From positions 4,092,001 to 4,156,000 of the forward strand of contig CATNEN010000033.1 in assembly GCA_950097015.1 (NCBI GenBank): a DNA stretch of 64,000 nt. The letters run 5' to 3'. Of the stretch, positions 60,940 through 64,000 are shown in pieces. Below the pieces are notes generated by a model, which worked only from the letters and a program-made list of their open reading frames with translations, made no database searches and had not been told where the DNA came from. Positions within the stretch are counted from its first letter, which is position 1. The number at the start of each line of letters is the position of its first letter. The position numbers and the translations under genes are program-made. The DNA comes from Macrostomum hystrix (taxonomy: Eukaryota; Animalia; Platyhelminthes).

Positions 60940-63900
60940 AGCTAACACTATTAGCTACACTATTAGCTACACTGTTAGCTACACTATTAGCTAACACTAT
61001 TAGCTACACCATTAGCTACACTATTAGCTACACTATTAGCTACACTATTAGCTACACTGTTAGCTACACTATTAGCTACACTGTTAGCTACACTGTTAGC
61101 TACACTGTTAGCTACACTTTTAGCTACACTGTTAGCTACACTATTGGCTACACTGTTAGCTACACTATTAGCTACACTGTTAGCTACACTATTGGCTACA
61201 CTGTTAGCTACACTATTAGCTACACTATTAGCTACACTATTAGCTACACTATTAGCTACACTTTTAGCTACACTGTTAGCTACACTATTAGCTACACTAT
61301 TAGCTACATTATTAGCTACACTGTTAGCTACACTATTGGCTACACTGTTAGCTACACTATTAGCTACACTGTTAGCTACACTATTAGCTACACTATTAGC
61401 TACATTATTAGCTACACTATTAGCTACACTATTAGCTACACTATTAGCTACACTTTTAGCTACACTGTTAGCTACACTATTAGCTACACTATTAGCTACA
61501 CTATTAGCTACACTATTAGCTACACTATTGGCTACACTGTTAGCTACACTATTGGCTACACTATTAGCTACACTATTAGCTACACTGTTAGCTACACTGT
61601 TAGCTACACTATTAGCTACACTGTTAGCTACACTATTAGCTACACTATTAGCTACACTATTAGCTACACTATTAGCTACACTATTAGCTACACTATTAGC
61701 TACACTATTAGCTACACTATTAGCTACACTATTAGCTACACTATTAGCTACACTATTAGCTACACTATTAGCTACACTATTAGCTACACTATTAGCTACA
61801 CTATTAGCTACACTGTTAGCTACACTATTAGCTACACTATTAGCTACACTATTAGCTACACTATTAGCTACTATTGGCTACACTATAGGCTACACTATTA
61901 GCTACACCATTAGCTACTATTGGCTACACTATAGGCTACACCATTAGCTACACTATTAGCTACACTATTGGCTACACTGTTAGCTACACTATTGGCTACA
62001 CTATTAGCTACACTATTAGCTACACTATTAGCTACACTGTTAGCTACACTATTAGCTACACTATTGGCTACACTGTTAGCTACACTATTAGCTACACTGT
62101 TAGCTACACTGTTAGCTACACTATTGGCTACACTATTAGCTACACTATTGGCTACACTATTAGCTACACTATTAGCTACACTATTAGCTACACTGTTAGC
62201 TACACTATTAGCTACACTATTGGCTACACTGTTAGCTACACTATTAGCTACACTGTTAGCTACACTGTTAGCTACACTATTAGCTACACTATTAGCTACA
62301 CTATTAGCTACACTATTGGCTACACTATTAGCTACACTATTGGCTACACTGTTAGCTACACTATTAGCTACACTGTTAGCTACACTATTAGCTACACTGT
62401 TAGCTACACTATAAGCTACACTGTTAGCTACACTGTTAGCTACACTATTAGCTACACTGTTAGCTACACTATTAGCTACACTGTTAGCTATACTATTAGC
62501 TACACTGTTAGCTACACTATTAGCTACACTGTTAGCTACGCTATTAGCTACACTGTTAGCTACACTATTAGCTACACTGTTAGCTACACTATTAGCTACA
62601 CTGTTAGCTACACTATTAGCTACACTGTTAGCTACGCTATTAGCTACACTATTAGCTACACTATTAGCTACACTATTGGCTACACTGTTAGCTACACTAT
62701 TAGCTACACTGTTAGCTACACTATTAGCTACACTGTTAGCTACACTATTAGCTACACTGTTAGCTACACTATTAGCTACACTGTTAGCTACACTATTAGC
62801 TACACTGTTAGCTACACTGTTAGCTACACTATTAGCTACACTATTAGCTACACTATTGGCTACACTGTTAGCTACACTATTAGCTACACTGTTAGCTACA
62901 CTGTTAGCTACACTATTGGCTACACTGTTAGCTACACTATTAGCTACACTATTAGCTACACTATTAGCTACACTATTGGCTACACTGTTAGCTACACTAT
63001 TAGCTACATTATTAGCTACACTATTAGCTACACTATTAGCTACACTATTAGCTACACTATTAGCTACACTATTAGCTACACTATTGGCTACACTATTAGC
63101 TACACTGTTAGCTACACTATTAGCTACACTGTTAGCTACACTGTTAGCTACACTTTTAGCTACACTGTTAGCTACACTATTGGCTACACTGTTAGCTACA
63201 CTATTAGCTACACTGTTAGCTACACTATTGGCTACACTGTTAGCTACACTATTAGCTACACTATTAGCTACACTATTAGCTACACTGTTAGCTACACTGT
63301 TAGCTACACTTTTAGCTACACTGTTAGCTACACTATTGGCTACACTGTTAGCTACACTATTAGCTACACTGTTAGCTACACTATTAGCTACACTATTAGC
63401 TACACTATTAGCTACACTATTGGCTACACTATTAGCTACACTGTTAGCTACACTATTAGCTACACTGTTAGCTACACTGTTAGCTACACTTTTAGCTACA
63501 CTGTTAGCTACACTATTGGCTACACTGTTAGCTACACTATTAGCTACACTGTTAGCTACACTATTGGCTACACTGTTAGCTACACTATTAGCTACACTAT
63601 TAGCTACACTATTAGCTACACTGTTAGCTACACTGTTAGCTACACTTTTAGCTACACTGTTAGCTACACTATTGGCTACACTGTTAGCTACACTATTAGC
63701 TACACTGTTAGCTACACTATTGGCTACACTGTTAGCTACACTATTAGCTACACTATTAGCTACACTATTAGCTACACTATTAGCTACACTTTTAGCTACA
63801 CTGTTAGCTACACTATTAGCTACACTATTAGCTACACTATTGGCTACACTGTTAGCTACACTATTAGCTACACTGTTAGCTACACTGTTAGCTACACTAT

Positions 63901-64000
63901 TGGCTACACTGTTAGCTACACTATTAGCTACACTATTAGCTACACTATTAGCTACACTATTGGCTACACTGTTAGCTACACTATTAGCTACATTATTAGC
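60940..64000. repeat. 12-bp satellite (TAGCTACACTAT)n, >250 copies, runs off the window end
   Basis: Direct reading; source of the LATL pseudo-ORFs. Confidence 0.98.

Noticed and set aside
40595-62414. Many 150-580 aa ORFs (SFDSVYFSPS, SLSHCLP, CHLVIVSFG, LATL, HSLT, MEEEGEKA etc.)
   Set aside because: They are translations of tandem arrays whose units lack stop codons, often open in several frames at once; the same applies to ORFs at 1024, 13680, 16614, 23769, 28514 and 32842.
1-64000. tRNA, rRNA, snRNA or spliced-leader RNA genes
   Set aside because: No recognisable cloverleaf, rRNA or Sm-site-bearing sequence by eye; a covariance-model search (Infernal/Rfam, tRNAscan-SE) was not possible, so small RNAs cannot be fully excluded.

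Overview
Eukaryotic (animal) genomic DNA with spliceosomal introns; no prokaryotic genes, rRNA, tRNA or CRISPR seen. The style (GC-rich exons with Gly/Ala/Gln runs, a dense minisatellite landscape) suggests an invertebrate such as the flatworm Macrostomum, which is my inference only. Four protein-coding genes can be built with phase-consistent splice sites: (1) a PAIP1-like PAM2+MIF4G gene, minus strand, join(170..577,666..896,1488..1994); (2) a plus-strand 4-exon gene with a putative degenerate KH domain, join(5837..5970,6218..6366,6474..6577,6668..7609); (3) a poly-Q protein with a single coding exon, 14850..15968 (+); (4) a 7-EC protocadherin, minus strand, join(20645..21091,26231..26442,34221..36810), about 1082 aa. 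An 848-bp non-autonomous foldback transposon (CAAGG...CCTTG, 8-bp TSD) sits at 7962..8809. From about 11 kb onward some 30 tandem arrays (mostly 12-32 bp units, plus a few tetranucleotide microsatellites; roughly 38% of the window by my manual tally) alternate with short unique islands, and nearly all long ORFs in the supplied track are artefacts of these arrays. The most interesting patterns are in array organisation: related arrays bracket unique islands (one pair inverted), several arrays start or stop within 0-30 nt of splice or poly(A) signals, and several share a GTCA/YTCAC core with a dispersed motif. Array boundaries and copy numbers are approximate.
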